Source: Auanema rhodensis (taxonomy: Eukaryota > Animalia > Nematoda). Taken from it: a stretch of DNA of 64,000 nt. Every line of letters begins with the position of its first letter. The stretch's first letter is position 1. Positions 12,285-24,951 of the stretch are shown piece after piece. Location: the NCBI GenBank assembly GCA_964057225.1, contig OZ059897.1, positions 16,988,001-17,052,000 of the forward strand, given 5' to 3'. A model generated the notes under the pieces. The model worked only from the letters and a program-made list of their open reading frames with translations. It was not told the origin of the DNA and did no database searches. The translations under genes were made by a program, and so were the position numbers.

Positions 12285-13708
12285 ATGACATATGACTTGG
12301 AAAACCGATCACAACATCTGGCAGAAGAAGAAATGGGACCTAGTACAAAATTTCCAGTGAGCAGAACGGACAGCATCGATTCGATTTCAGGCGTATGTTT
12401 TTTTTATGGGAATTTATAAGAAATCTCCAATGACCGTTTTCGAATCTGCATGACAATTAGAAAAGACACATCAGTCTGTCTGCCAATTTAGGACAAGAGA
12501 GAGAGAAATGGATTTCACACTTAGACGAATATTCTATCACTTCTTAGAACATCATCATTGCGATATTTTCAATGATATTCGTTTGTTCGAGGTCGATCAT
12601 CGGAAATAGTTGTTGGTCAAATTAACAAAAAATTAGCGAAACTCTATGCAAACGAAAATTTTCTTGAATAGAAAATGTTCTTACGTCCTTATTTCGATAT
12701 TTTAAAGGAGTAAATTTTTCTTTTTGAAGAAAATAGTGCATTTGTTCTTTCAGGAGATAAATCCGCCACCGTTCGAGTATCATTCATCCGAAGAACTTGA
12801 TAAACTGAGCAATTGTTTGAGCGAGGTGATAATTTCTTTGTTAATCTTAAACATGGATAAGAGCTTATAACCATTCCCAAACAAACTATTGAATTATGCG
12901 TTTTCGGTCTCTTCAGACTTGTTCACGATGAATCAAAGTATTCTTTAAGGACACGCCTTTCCTTATTGTACTTTGTTCCGTATTCAATAGCTATTACTTG
13001 AACATCTGGACATAATCTTGATACCTATACAGACTGTTTTCTGAGCCTAAATTAACGCATTTTCTGCTAAATATTAACCATCTTTTTTGTATCATGGTTA
13101 TACATTTTTTTAAATGAGTGTTTCAGGTTTCCAACGATTCTTGTAAGGATGCTAATAGCTCCATATTTTATGATGTTCTACAAGCTCAGCTGGCTCTCTG
13201 GACTTGTATCTTTTCTATTCTCTATTCGTATGCTTGGGGCCAACACAGGAAGAAGTTTCTCATAAGTATTGTAAGTTTTTTTAAAAAGTGAAAAAGAATA
13301 ATTTTTTGTTTTAGTTTTTCGTTATTCCAACTGTATTTATGGTCTGCTGTGGAATTTCAACTCTATTAACAACTATTGTTGTGCTTGGACGCTTGTTTAG
13401 TGCTCCTGTTACATACAAAGACTTTTTGAGAGTTGAGGAACGACGAGGACCAGGTGATTGATGTTCCTAGCTTTTAATTCATTTTGTAACTCCTTGTCTC
13501 AACTTTAGACCTTTCAGACGGCAAACTCTATCGACAACGGTCGTATTCCGGAGCGTCATCTGAAGTTTATGTCGAAGACTATCTTCCAAAGCCTTTATGC
13601 CGTCGTCATTCATCCAGTCATGGCAGCCTATGTTCTCGCCCCCCGAGTGTTAATCGAAAGTTGAGCTATTGTTTACCACATACTAACGCTCCACCAGATG
13701 ACGAATAA
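12285..13708 (+). CDS. Uncharacterised multi-exon membrane protein with two hydrophobic segments and a Ser/Arg-rich cytoplasmic tail
   Basis: The 3' exons splice cleanly: ...LFSEPKLTHFLLNINHLFCIM|VSNDSCKDANSSIFYDVLQAQLALWTCIFSILYSYAWGQHRKKFLISI|FFVIPTVFMVCCGISTLLTTIVVLGRLF...RRHSSSHGSLCSRPPSVNRKLSYCLPHTNAPPDDE*. The 5' structure is unresolved, and an upstream exon from ATG 11876 is possible. Confidence 0.65.
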
Positions 13709-14103
13709 TTCAAGATTGAAACAATTGAAAATTTTGCATTGTCCTCTCACTTCACTCAATTTTTCTCACAAATTATTTTTTGCTCAAGTCGAAAGACTCT
13801 TCTAGATTTTTTTGAAAGTTTTCTCATAGCCAGGTTGCACCTCAAAAATCGAACTCGTTCACACCAGCTCAACATATTTATTCTTCGAATTACGTGTTAC
13901 TCTATTTTGTTAAGATACGGGTTTTTTTTAGATATAACGATAATCAATTAATTGTTCATCAGCTAACCAATTGTAAATAAAACTATTTATAAATAAAACC
14001 ATTTCATAAAATAAAACATTAATTAGAACTGTGTAAAAAATTGATTAAAATTCTCAAAGTACGATGTCTTCCATATTATAAAAGCTGGTAAAAAGTTGTT
14101 AAT

Positions 14104-15938
14104 TTATACAAATGGGAAAATTGTCTTCACAGACGATACAATTGAGTCGATAGTTGAAGCAGTTGACGTTATCTGCAATGATTACTTTGATAGCTTTTTC
14201 AAAAACATTTTACCTTTATGACTCTTAGCCAAGATGGCCTATCATAGCATTGACTACTTACAGCTGCTATCATCATTTCCCTTCAAAAATAAATTTATAT
14301 GTTATCGTGTTCTGATTTTACCTGAGAGCATCTGGCACGAAGTCACAGGAATCAACCTTCTTCTTAAAATTCAAAACTTTGAACCCTCTGAACAAAAATG
14401 TTTCGATGATATATTTAAATTACTAATTAACAAATCTGGAACTAAAGACTCCACAAATTTTGTTCTTCGCTTTCCGGGGAACATTAACTCTTCATGATCT
14501 ATTACTTGGAAGAAGGACGAGAAAGTATCATGACTAATAAATATTATACTAATTAATATAATCAAAACTTACTATGAGAACGGCAATACCGAACACTTCA
14601 TTGATAAATGCCAAGCAAACACACCAAAATTATACATAAGAGAAGATGATCCAAAGGTATTTAGCAGCGCAGCCTCAGGAGCTAAATACCTGAAGTTCAA
14701 ATTCTTAACTGTTATAAGCCATGTAGAAAACCTCCAATAGAAACTATGCAAAAAGGTTTCTTGATGATAAGTAGGCCAAGTTTCCTTCCAAGCTCCACCT
14801 ATCTTCAAATTATCTATATTATCGATAAAGCTATCCTAAAAATGGCAACTGGATTCAAAACAATTATTTGAAAACGTACAAATGGAGTAACAATTGTGGC
14901 GGTCAATCCGTTATCTGCTAAAAATTTCATTCCTTCAGCAGCCTATTAAAAAATAAAACATAATATCTTTAAATTATTTAAACTACTTGTTTAATTATTT
15001 TACACATATAACTTCTAGAAATATCTTCTTTCTTGAAATAATCGGCAACTGGCTTTTGATAACATGGAAACTTCAATAAAACTATAAGATTATTAAAATT
15101 CAAATAAGTTTGGTAATCAAGTAATTCAACAACATATCTGAAAAATGAATTAACTTAAATTATCTTTTGAAATCCTACTTATTTCTTAATTTACATAAAT
15201 CTTCAAGCTGTTCGGTGATGGTATCAGTAATAATTTCCTTTCGCAACGGCACAATAAACAATTTAGTTGACTTGTTAAAAATAGGCAAACTAGTCGATTT
15301 ACTAACGCGAGGTTCACAATCAACAAGTAAACGAACACCGAGGCGATAATTTCCTAAAGCTTATAATTAATCAAAATTTTTGCAATAGATTATTATTTGA
15401 ACAACACTTAATTCAATTTCTAAACGGATAAAACGATCAAACAGAAGCCGACCAATAATTGAAACTAACGTTTTACTTTAGGAATAGGATTAGTGAAACA
15501 TAATGTCATCCCTGAATTCTTTACTCGCATATTTTCAGATAGCAAGTGATTAATTAAAGCATCAAATGAATGAAATGTCGTCCGGTCAATTTTGAACAGC
15601 ACTCCGACCAAGGTCTAAAGTTGCTACAAAAGTTCTCAAAAAAAGGTGAAAAAGTAATACCTCTGCGGTGGAAACTAGAAAGCCGTGAACTCTACCTTTG
15701 CGAACACAAACCATGAAGGACTGATTGTCGTTACTACTCTAAGAATTATAATTATTAACTGATAAAATATAGTGTTCAGTACCTGTATTAAAAAATCACC
15801 ATCATTTTTCAACAACTCAGAAGTTTGTGCTTTAGTCAAAGGACCATGATATAATGGTTCGTAAATCAAGTTCATTACCGTAGCATCTCTGTTCGAAACA
15901 GGAAACGCTGTCATTGTAGACACTGGAAAACAGTTCAT
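14104..15938 (-). CDS. SH2 domain plus tyrosine-kinase-fold protein of Fer/Fes (SPE-8-like) architecture; predicted pseudokinase
   Basis: SH2 start YHGPLTKAQTSELLKNDGDFLI. Kinase C-lobe motifs: AAEGMKFLADNG, WRYLAPE, MYNFGVFAW, DRPSW. The VAVK, HRD and DFG motifs are not recognisable. Confidence 0.8.
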
Positions 15939-17319
15939 CAGATATTGAAGAATTTGAAGTTTATAGCAATGTTATGAAACAAATATCATGCAATTATAAT
16001 AATATTAACTGATTTATTTCGGTAAGTTTTAAATTGTGAATATATAACAACCAAGGCTCTTGAAATTTTCAGACGTAGTAGTACATCCACTTATTGAAAA
16101 GATAAATGTTCCCGCGCTGATTCGAAAAAGAGCACATCTCACACAACTGAAAATGCAGGAAGTATCAATATCTCAATAGTTTCATATTTACTTCCCCTTC
16201 CATTTACTGTAACTGTAAAGCTAACTAAATACAGATTCCGGAATGTCTTCATATCTGTTTCTTGATATTTGGTTAAGTTATAGTTAGTTGTATCTATCGC
16301 TTGCTATTTTGAGTTCAATATTTTAATACTTTATTGATTGTGAAAGAACGAGATCGGTATGATTCTCATCTATTGGTACCATGTTTGCATATGATTTACG
16401 ATATCCGCCCTCAAATATGCGTAAGATGTCCCCGCCTCTTCTGTTGCATGATCAAAAAAGGACGGATTACATTCGCATTGTTGTGATTTGTTCTTTGCAA
16501 TTCGTTTCTTTTCGCTTACCTCTATTCTCTTCTTTTTCCAAACATTTTCCCTCAATAAATCGCTGTCTCATCAATCAAAAAAAAATCACAGCTGGGGCAG
16601 GCTACACGCTGGTTTTTGAAACCAGCTTTCAGGTATTACAAAGGAGGAATGGTTTACTTATACCGTTTTTCATTTGTAAACAGTATGAAATATAAAACAA
16701 AGCCTTGCTCCTAGCTTTCTTCCTTATATTGAATTTTTTTGTATAAATTGTCAAGTTTTAATTGTTCCTGAGCATGAATTATTAAAATAATATCACCTGA
16801 ACTATGATATAGTGTGAATGGCGTTATCTTTTCTTGTTTTTAGTAAATATTTACTTTAGAGCTTTCCTATACCTTGACGAATCAAAGTTGCGTTCTCTCT
16901 TCATCTAATAATCTCACTCATTTTATCACTTTAGTTACTAACATAGAATTATACCTTATAATGCATGATAGTTCATTTAAGAATCTTACAGAATTTTTTC
17001 ACATCTCATTCGTTCTCATCGTAAATCGATCCACTAAGGACCGGAATTCTTCTGATGTATTTTCTGTTCCGGATTTTTATTGCTCTTCTGTGACTATGGC
17101 TGTCGCAGGCTTAATCGATCGTAAAACATCCTACAACCTTTGAGGTCATTCCGCATTTCATTCTTTTCTGAGCATAACATTCTTTCTTGACTGCTTCTCG
17201 AACGTCTTTGTTTGATTCTTCATCGTCTGTACCCTCTTTTTCCAATTTTATTCACTTTTCCGATTTTGATCATGTTACTCGCCTTCCTATAAGAGTGTTC
17301 AATTCGTCGTTTATAGGAA

Positions 17320-19762
17320 ATGTCGGGGGCGGTAATAGAAAACCTAAGTAATCGTAAGTTGATATACATTTTATCAACTCTTCTTGGGCTACAAGTCGTA
17401 TTTTTTTTGATTGGAGCATGGCTCGGTAAGTTGAATCGTTTTCTTGTTAATTCATATTCCATGTAATTTAGCACCTGTGCCCACTTCCACCATGGAGTTT
17501 GAAATGACAATGTGTACTGATAGTAGTAAAGGTCTTTCGGCGGAATGGTTTCATATTCGGCCGATGGTAATAAGATATCTATCATTTTCTGATAAAATAC
17601 TTTCATTTTGAGAACTGTGAACGAATAGAAGATCTTGAAAAACACACGCCATCTGGTTCTTACGATCTTCGTGAAATAGTTTTCGTAGCACAAATGCCAC
17701 ATGTCAGGTATTATTTTTAAATAAAGAATTGTATTCCTTAATATAATTGTTTTAGAAATCATTATGAGTTAAAATATTCACGTTGGTTACAGTTTCTTCT
17801 TGGTATTTTACATGTTGAAGTTAAATATAGTAATGTGTTCAAATATAGTAAGTATATCTCGTGATCTTCAAATAATCCTTTGTTTTTCTTAGCCCCTGCT
17901 GCAAAGTTCAACCTAGAGGTGCGAATGGGATATCGAGACCATGATGATGGGCCAAATGATTGGAAAGAATATACAAATACCAATGTTAGCAGAACATTGA
18001 ATTGCTTTATTGATGAGGACAAAGTATTCGCCACCCATTTTATGGCGTTTGGATATATATTTATTCTTTCAGAAAGTGGATGGACACGTTTATGAATGTG
18101 ATATGATTGATCTTTTCCAATTACCTTCCAATGACCATTCGTTTTATCTGCTCAATATTCGGATTCCCATTGATCAGGAAGCTTGCAGGTAATTTGTTTT
18201 AAAATATGTATTATGCACGAAATTTATAATAATTCTTATGAATTCTGACAGTTTTGGATTTTTTTTCAGCCAAGATCCGGAGGCAGCTGCGAACTGCTTA
18301 TTGGGAAAGATTACTCATCTTTCTTTAATTGTTGGTTTTTTGCACTGATTATCGATATTTTATACATTTTTCAGGCTATTAATCAGAATGGTGGTTTTAC
18401 AATGGTATGGGTTTTACTAAAAACTTTTGTTTCTCCTATAATCGTTTGGGCTGTTTATTGGTATTGGAATAGAGTAGGAATATTTTTTTTCATACTAGTT
18501 GAGGTTCAAAATTTAAATTCAGATTACACACCTTGCCCGACGACCATTTTTACTTGAAAAATCTATCATGGCACTTGGATGCAGCATGGCTATTTTAGAT
18601 TGTAAGTTTCAGCTTTTATAAAAGCAAAACAAAATAATAATTTAGTCCCATTGGAATGGTTTTCCATTGCTGGATATATGCCTTTTTTGCTTTTACTCAC
18701 AGATATTCGTCAGGTAATTGAAGTTTAAATTTTTATTTTATTAAAATTTCACTTTAGGGATTGTTCTACTGTGTTTTGTTTTCTTTCTGGCTTATCTTTG
18801 CTGGGGAACATCTAATTGATGATACTACAAGAAATAATATTGTATGTATTAAGTTACAATTTCTTCCAGTTCAATTTTTTTTGATTTCCAGCTATCTTAT
18901 CGTTTTAACTTACTCTTCATTTGTGCTGCTTCCACAGCTTTGTTAATATATGATGTACTTGAGCGAGGAATGCAGTTATCAGATCCTTTCCACTCTATCT
19001 GGTCTTCCGAAAATGGTACAATGCTTGCGGTTAGTTATTTTGAATACTTGTATGACTTTAAATAAACTATTTTCAGTATATATCACTATACCTGGCGACT
19101 ATTTGTACTATTATTTATTTCGGTTTTTTGTTTTATAAAATCTGGAGAGTTTGGGAAACTATTAAGCGCAAACGTGCAGCCCAATTATACCGTACGTGTG
19201 AGAATAGAAGATTAAAGGTAACAATTAAATTCACAATTCTTTTTGATTGGATCATATTGTTTTGAATATTATTTATTAAGGTTGAAAATGTAATATATCG
19301 TTTCAAATTTTTAATGCTTTTCACTCTTGTTTGTGCTGCATTAACAATTATTTCTTATAGTCTACAACAGGTATATTATTTTTCTTTATGTTTCTTTTTA
19401 TTTGATTGGAAAAATTTAGCATGGTGAAGCACAATTGCATTCTGATGAAGATGGAGGACTTTTGCAGCATAGTACATCAGCTTTTTTCACAGGTTTTTTT
19501 TTCATTAAGTGTGCATCAGATTTTATATTTCTATTTCAGGAACATTTGGAATGTGGAATATTTACGTTTTACTTTTGTTAGCTATGTATGCCCCTTCACA
19601 CAAAGATTACTCAGGAGCAACACGTGAGTTATTATTAAAAATGTGAGAACTTTTTTGATTTACACATTCAATTTAGAATTAATAGACGAAAATGAGGATT
19701 TTATGGACGGTACAACTGAAAGTAATCCCATGACAGCTTTTCTCAAGCCAGCTACTGATTAA
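17320..19762 (+). CDS. mig-14: Wntless (Wnt secretion mediator), multi-exon
   Basis: [14 protein letters not shown] start; LEVRMGYRD; [10 protein letters not shown]; NQNGGFT; [13 protein letters not shown]; [12 protein letters not shown]; ends TAFLKPATD*. All are characteristic of nematode MIG-14/WLS. Confidence 0.96.
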
Positions 19763-20188
19763 TGGAGATCTAAAAAGTTTTTAAACGAAGCTAATCTAAT
19801 TTAATTAATTTACCTTTTTATTTTTTGCTTGAGTAGCGTTATTATAGTTTTAGAACTGCACATTTTCTCAATTTGAATCTCACTTGTCATTCGGTTTTAT
19901 ACAATATTCACATCTTTGTAAATATGATTTGTTGAAGTTTGCCTACTAAACATGAAATGTTTAATATTCATTGAATCGAAAAACTATAAAATATTGAAAA
20001 AATGTAGTTTTTTGAACAAGAATAATGCTGCAAAGTTGACATGATATAACTGATTTAAAAAATTGAAGAATTCATACTAACATCATGTTCTTTCATGATG
20101 ATCTTTTTGCTTAATTAGTACTTTGAGTATTTCAATCTTTATTTGAAATTCTAGAAGTTCCTTTATTAGTGTTACATAAAACGTTTCT

Positions 20189-21476
20189 TTAAGAAGTTAT
20201 AGCAGTTGAACGGCGCCTTGAAAAAGAAAGAGTTGTTTCTACTTTACTATCGGCGACTCTTCCCAATAACTTTTTAATGGATTTATTATATGAAGAGCTA
20301 TAAAATATAATACAGAAATCGAAAAAAAACTACTATATTGTACCTGTAATGATATAATATAAATAAAGTTGCACATGAGCTCCATAAAAATGGAACATCG
20401 CTGTATAACTGAAAGAAGATGTTAAAAATATAATTAATTGCATACTATCTTACTCTTATGTATTTTCGAATATTTAATGAATTATCAACCTTATTTGTAA
20501 TAAATTTTCCAAGAATTGATAATGTTTGAACACTAATATACATAAAAAGAATGAAGAAAATCCCTGGAGCTATTTTATTTAAAGAACTATCTGAAAATAT
20601 TCTTATAACATACTTATTTATATTTTTTGTAACCTCTTTGTGTTCTGACAAGATATGCTGAGATTAACGTTAAAATAGTATTAATTATATTAATAACTAT
20701 ACTAATAGAATAATGAATATGCTCTGATTGTAAATCTAATGCGGACCAATATGAACAGATATATGCAGGTCTGAAAGAATCAAAAGATTAATTAATTAAA
20801 ATAAGAAAAGTTATTGTATTTTGAGTTAATTATATAGAAAAATAATATATACAGAAAATTATGTAGATAAACGTACTGAGTAAAAGATATATTATTTAAT
20901 ATTGATATAAATAATGCAATAATACACACTAAGCATAAAACAATCACCAGAAAAAAAAATAATCTTGCATTTTTATTTGCAAATGATCTAAATTTTCAAA
21001 TAATTAAAAATAAATTTAAGGAGGAAATAATAATTTTAAAACAAACTTTAAAGAATTGATACTTTGAAGAAAAACATCTATTGATATAGCTAATAGAATT
21101 GGAGCTTGCGAGAAAGTTCCTAACAAAGGGATTGCTTGAATTAGCAAGCATTCCACCTGCAAATATATTTTAAGAATTTGATATTTTAAAGAAAAAACCT
21201 GTTTTAAGACTTTTACTTCGAATATAATAGAAAAAAGTAAACCAACAAGGCAGTATGAATGCAGAATTTGGGTAAAACAGAAAAGAGCTAACAATTGATG
21301 AATGTTTTCTCTCATTGTTCTAAAAAACACAAATAAACTTCAACATTTAACTGATCTTTAAAGCTTGTAACTCACTTGTGTTGATATGGAATAATTATAA
21401 TAATAGTATTAGAAACAATACTTATCAATGGTAGTAATAAGAAACATGGCACCAACAATGAAAGCCAAAAATCCAT
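20189..21476 (-). CDS. Nematode serpentine 7TM chemoreceptor (srsx/srbc-like)
   Basis: Successive hydrophobic exons: MDFWLSLLVPCFLLLPLISIVSNTIIII; HQLLALFCFTQIL; CLLIQAIPLLGTFSQAPILLAISIDV (TM3). The last exon SSYNKSIKKLL...* is typical of serpentine helix 8. Confidence 0.78.
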
Positions 21477-22666
21477 TTTTTGAAGTTTTATATATGAAAC
21501 GTAGGACAACTTTGAATAAAAGTAAAGTAACAGAAATGAAATAATTTATGCAACTTTTCAGTGAATATAGGATTCAATACAACTCTTATTACATCTAAAT
21601 GTGAAAATAGCTGAGATTTGTCGATTGCCTCTGAGAATTTTCTTTTTTTTTCAATTACCGAGTGTTAACAATTCTTTTATATTATATATATTACATACAT
21701 ACATACATACATAACATGAAGGTTCTTATAAACAATACACGTATTTCTGCAAAAAAATATTTTCAAACGGTCAATAAAGAAACAATATTGAAGTGGTCTA
21801 TAAGTGGGTTTAATAATCAAAAATGATTGTGATGAATAAATTGACGAAACTGATGTGATTTCTATCGAATTAGCAAACAGGTGCTTATGAACAGCATTCA
21901 ATTCACTGATTTCATCTTATACTAATGAGGAAATGGTTTTCAATTCCTTTTTGTAACTTATTAAACAACTATAATTTGGCGGGAGGTTTGATTTTTGCAT
22001 AGTTTAGGAAACATTTAATGCCAATTATAGTTCAAATTCAATAAGTTATTGCAAAGAAAAAAAGAAAAATTAATTTATAATCGAGTAGTTAATGCATCAA
22101 AGGCAGTATTAAACTCAGACATTTTCCGTTTTTTCTATTTTCTTCGAAAGTCAATAAATTTCTAATCAATGATTTAATATTATTATTTCCCATTTCTCCA
22201 TCAAAAAAATAATTTTTTATTTAATTAAACATAGGTTGAGTAATTTATATGAAAAATATTTTATAGATAATATAAAATTCTAAAACTTAATACGTTATCC
22301 AAAACAGTAACTAATAATAGCATATTTACAAGAAAGCAACAGTTAATAATAAGTTTTTATCAAGTTTAATCAAAAAGATATTTTTGAAAAAAAAACTTTA
22401 TTAAGAAGAAAAAGAAAAAAACAAAGGAAAAAAACATCGTTAATGAAATATTGACAACTATATTTGATCAAATCTTGCATTGATTTTCTTTTTCGAAGAA
22501 AATTTATATGAAAAATAAAAAATATATTTACATAAATGATGTAACTTTTCAATTGGGGGCATGATGCAGAAAATTCGTAAAGCTCAAACCTAAAAGATGA
22601 AATGAACTATTAAGGAAAAAAATTGTATATAAGAATACACATATACATATGATATATAAATCTAAT

Positions 22667-24951
22667 TTATGCTATCTGAATATTTGATGTATGTTGATTA
22701 TTCATTTTTTCCTCGAGATCATTAAAGTTGATACCCTTAACAATCAAATTGACTTTTATATAACTTTGTTAGAGAGAACTTACATGAGCCAGTTGATTAG
22801 CGTTTTCATATAAATCGTCATCTCCTGACTTCAAATCTGATGCAGGTATATCAGCAAGATCATCCTTACAAAGGTAATACACAAAACCACAACCAAATGC
22901 ATCTCCAACTACGTTAACTGATGTACGAAGACGATCCCTGAACAAATTCAAATATTTTTGTTCCTAATATTCGGACATACATGAACCAATCCACGGCAAT
23001 AATCAGTGAGACATCACTGGCTGGGAGACCCAAAGCTGTTAAAACGATTAGCATAGTCACCAATCCAGCAGATGGAATGGACGCAGCTCCAATAGACGCT
23101 AATGTGGCTGTTACACTTAAATTCAAGAATTATATGTGAATATATAAATTGTAAGTAAAAATAGAATCAAATGCTCACCTAACCGTAATGAGTTGTCCTA
23201 CTGATAATTCCAAACCATTCATTTGAGCAATAAAAATTGACGCAACAGCTTCATATAAAGCAGTTCCATCCTGTAATAGTTTAATAGTTTATACAAATTT
23301 TGAGAGTTCTATCATATTGATATATATATAAGTATTAATATTATTTACCATATTGATCATTGATCCAACAGGTAAAACAAATTTTGTAACACGTGGATCC
23401 ACACCAATATCATTCAAACATTTGAATGTAACCGGAAGCGATGCAGCACTGAATTAAAAATATTTAAAACATAAATATAATTATAATTAAATATTGGATA
23501 TTAATATCAAATCATCTCAAGCAAGATTGATTGATAAGATGTCATTACTATGCAAATTACAGTATTTGTATTCACGTGTGAATAACATATTTACATTTGC
23601 TCATATAGTTGTATAAACGTTGTGTGTTTTTCAATATTCAGATACTCTCCAAAAATAGTACCTTGATGATGTTCCTAGTGCTGTAAGCACTGCTTGTCCC
23701 AATCCTGACAAAAATTTGAAAGGATTATGGCGAGTGAAAACAAAAAAGATGAGTGGTAGGGTTATAAAGCATTGGATAGCAAGACCTGCAAATCAAATTA
23801 GAGTACTTTTGCACTATAGTTCAAACGCTTACCAATAATAACTGTTAACATGAACATTCCTAACATTTGAGCTGTTCCGGCGAGATCAGCTATCTCAAGC
23901 ATTTTTTGAGCAATTAAAGATGGAATACCAATTGGACCTGTCCTAAAAACAATTTTTACTTTTACTTGTTCAATAATATGTATTATAACTACCACATAAT
24001 AAGGGATACGAGTTTTGTTATAACTATATCTAAAGCCGTGAAAAGCTCAGCCAATGGTCGAGCTGGTTTTCCCACTCTGGATATAATTAGTCCGAACGCA
24101 ATGCAGAATATGATTACACCTTAATAAGCAAAATTTGAATTGAGTCTTATTTTCCTTGTAATTATCTTAATTTTAAAACCACCAACCAAGTACATTCATT
24201 CCATCCTCATAAACTACTTTATACTTTTTCGTTTCTTCTCCTGTAGTCTCATTTACCGTCACACTTACAAGTGACTGTTGTTGTTGGAACATAGATCGCA
24301 CAATGTTCTCAGGGAAAAAATTACTAAAAGTAACACATTAAGTGAAGAGCAAGTTTTTTTGCTTATTTACCGTAATAAGTCAAGAAATTTATCCAACGCT
24401 GATACTTCACGATGTATCTGTTCACCAACCGACATCTGGTGTTTTATGGATGGATGCCCAGGATGTATAATCATGACTATTACGATTCCTAACTAAAAAA
24501 TTTTATCTAATTGGAAGCAAATTATTAGTATATTAGAAACTAACGATGACAGCGTGAGTAGTAGTTAACCCATAGTACATAAATGCACGCGAGCCAAGTT
24601 TTCCTGATGTTTTTCCATCCAACTGAGATAATCCTGTTAATCATTATGTTAGTTTTTAATCAAAAGATATATCATACCCGATATTAAACTGGCGGCGATT
24701 AAAGGTAAAATCATCGCTTTTAGCATGTTCATGAACAGTTCTCCAGGAAATCCTATTAATCGGATAACTGTAGGGGATGGATCAGAATATCTTAAAAATA
24801 TCTCAGTTATAACTTGAAATATCAACACTACAATTAACCTTAAAAACCCTCCTAAGCAACATCCCATAATAACAGAAAATAGAGTTAAAACAAGAAGCAT
24901 ATTCTTTCTAATCCACCTGATAAATCCATTTTTTGATGTTGAAGCATGCAT
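22667..24951 (-). CDS. glt: SLC1/EAAT glutamate transporter (closest to the C. elegans glt-5 type, from memory)
   Basis: [18 protein letters not shown]; ALGTSSSAASLP; NMDGTALYE; [20 protein letters not shown]; [18 protein letters not shown]. The ATG follows TTTTCAG directly. Confidence 0.95.

Noticed and set aside
17220-18034. 180-aa and 90-aa minus-strand ORFs suggesting a nested gene
   Set aside because: They are antisense shadows of the first mig-14 exons and introns.
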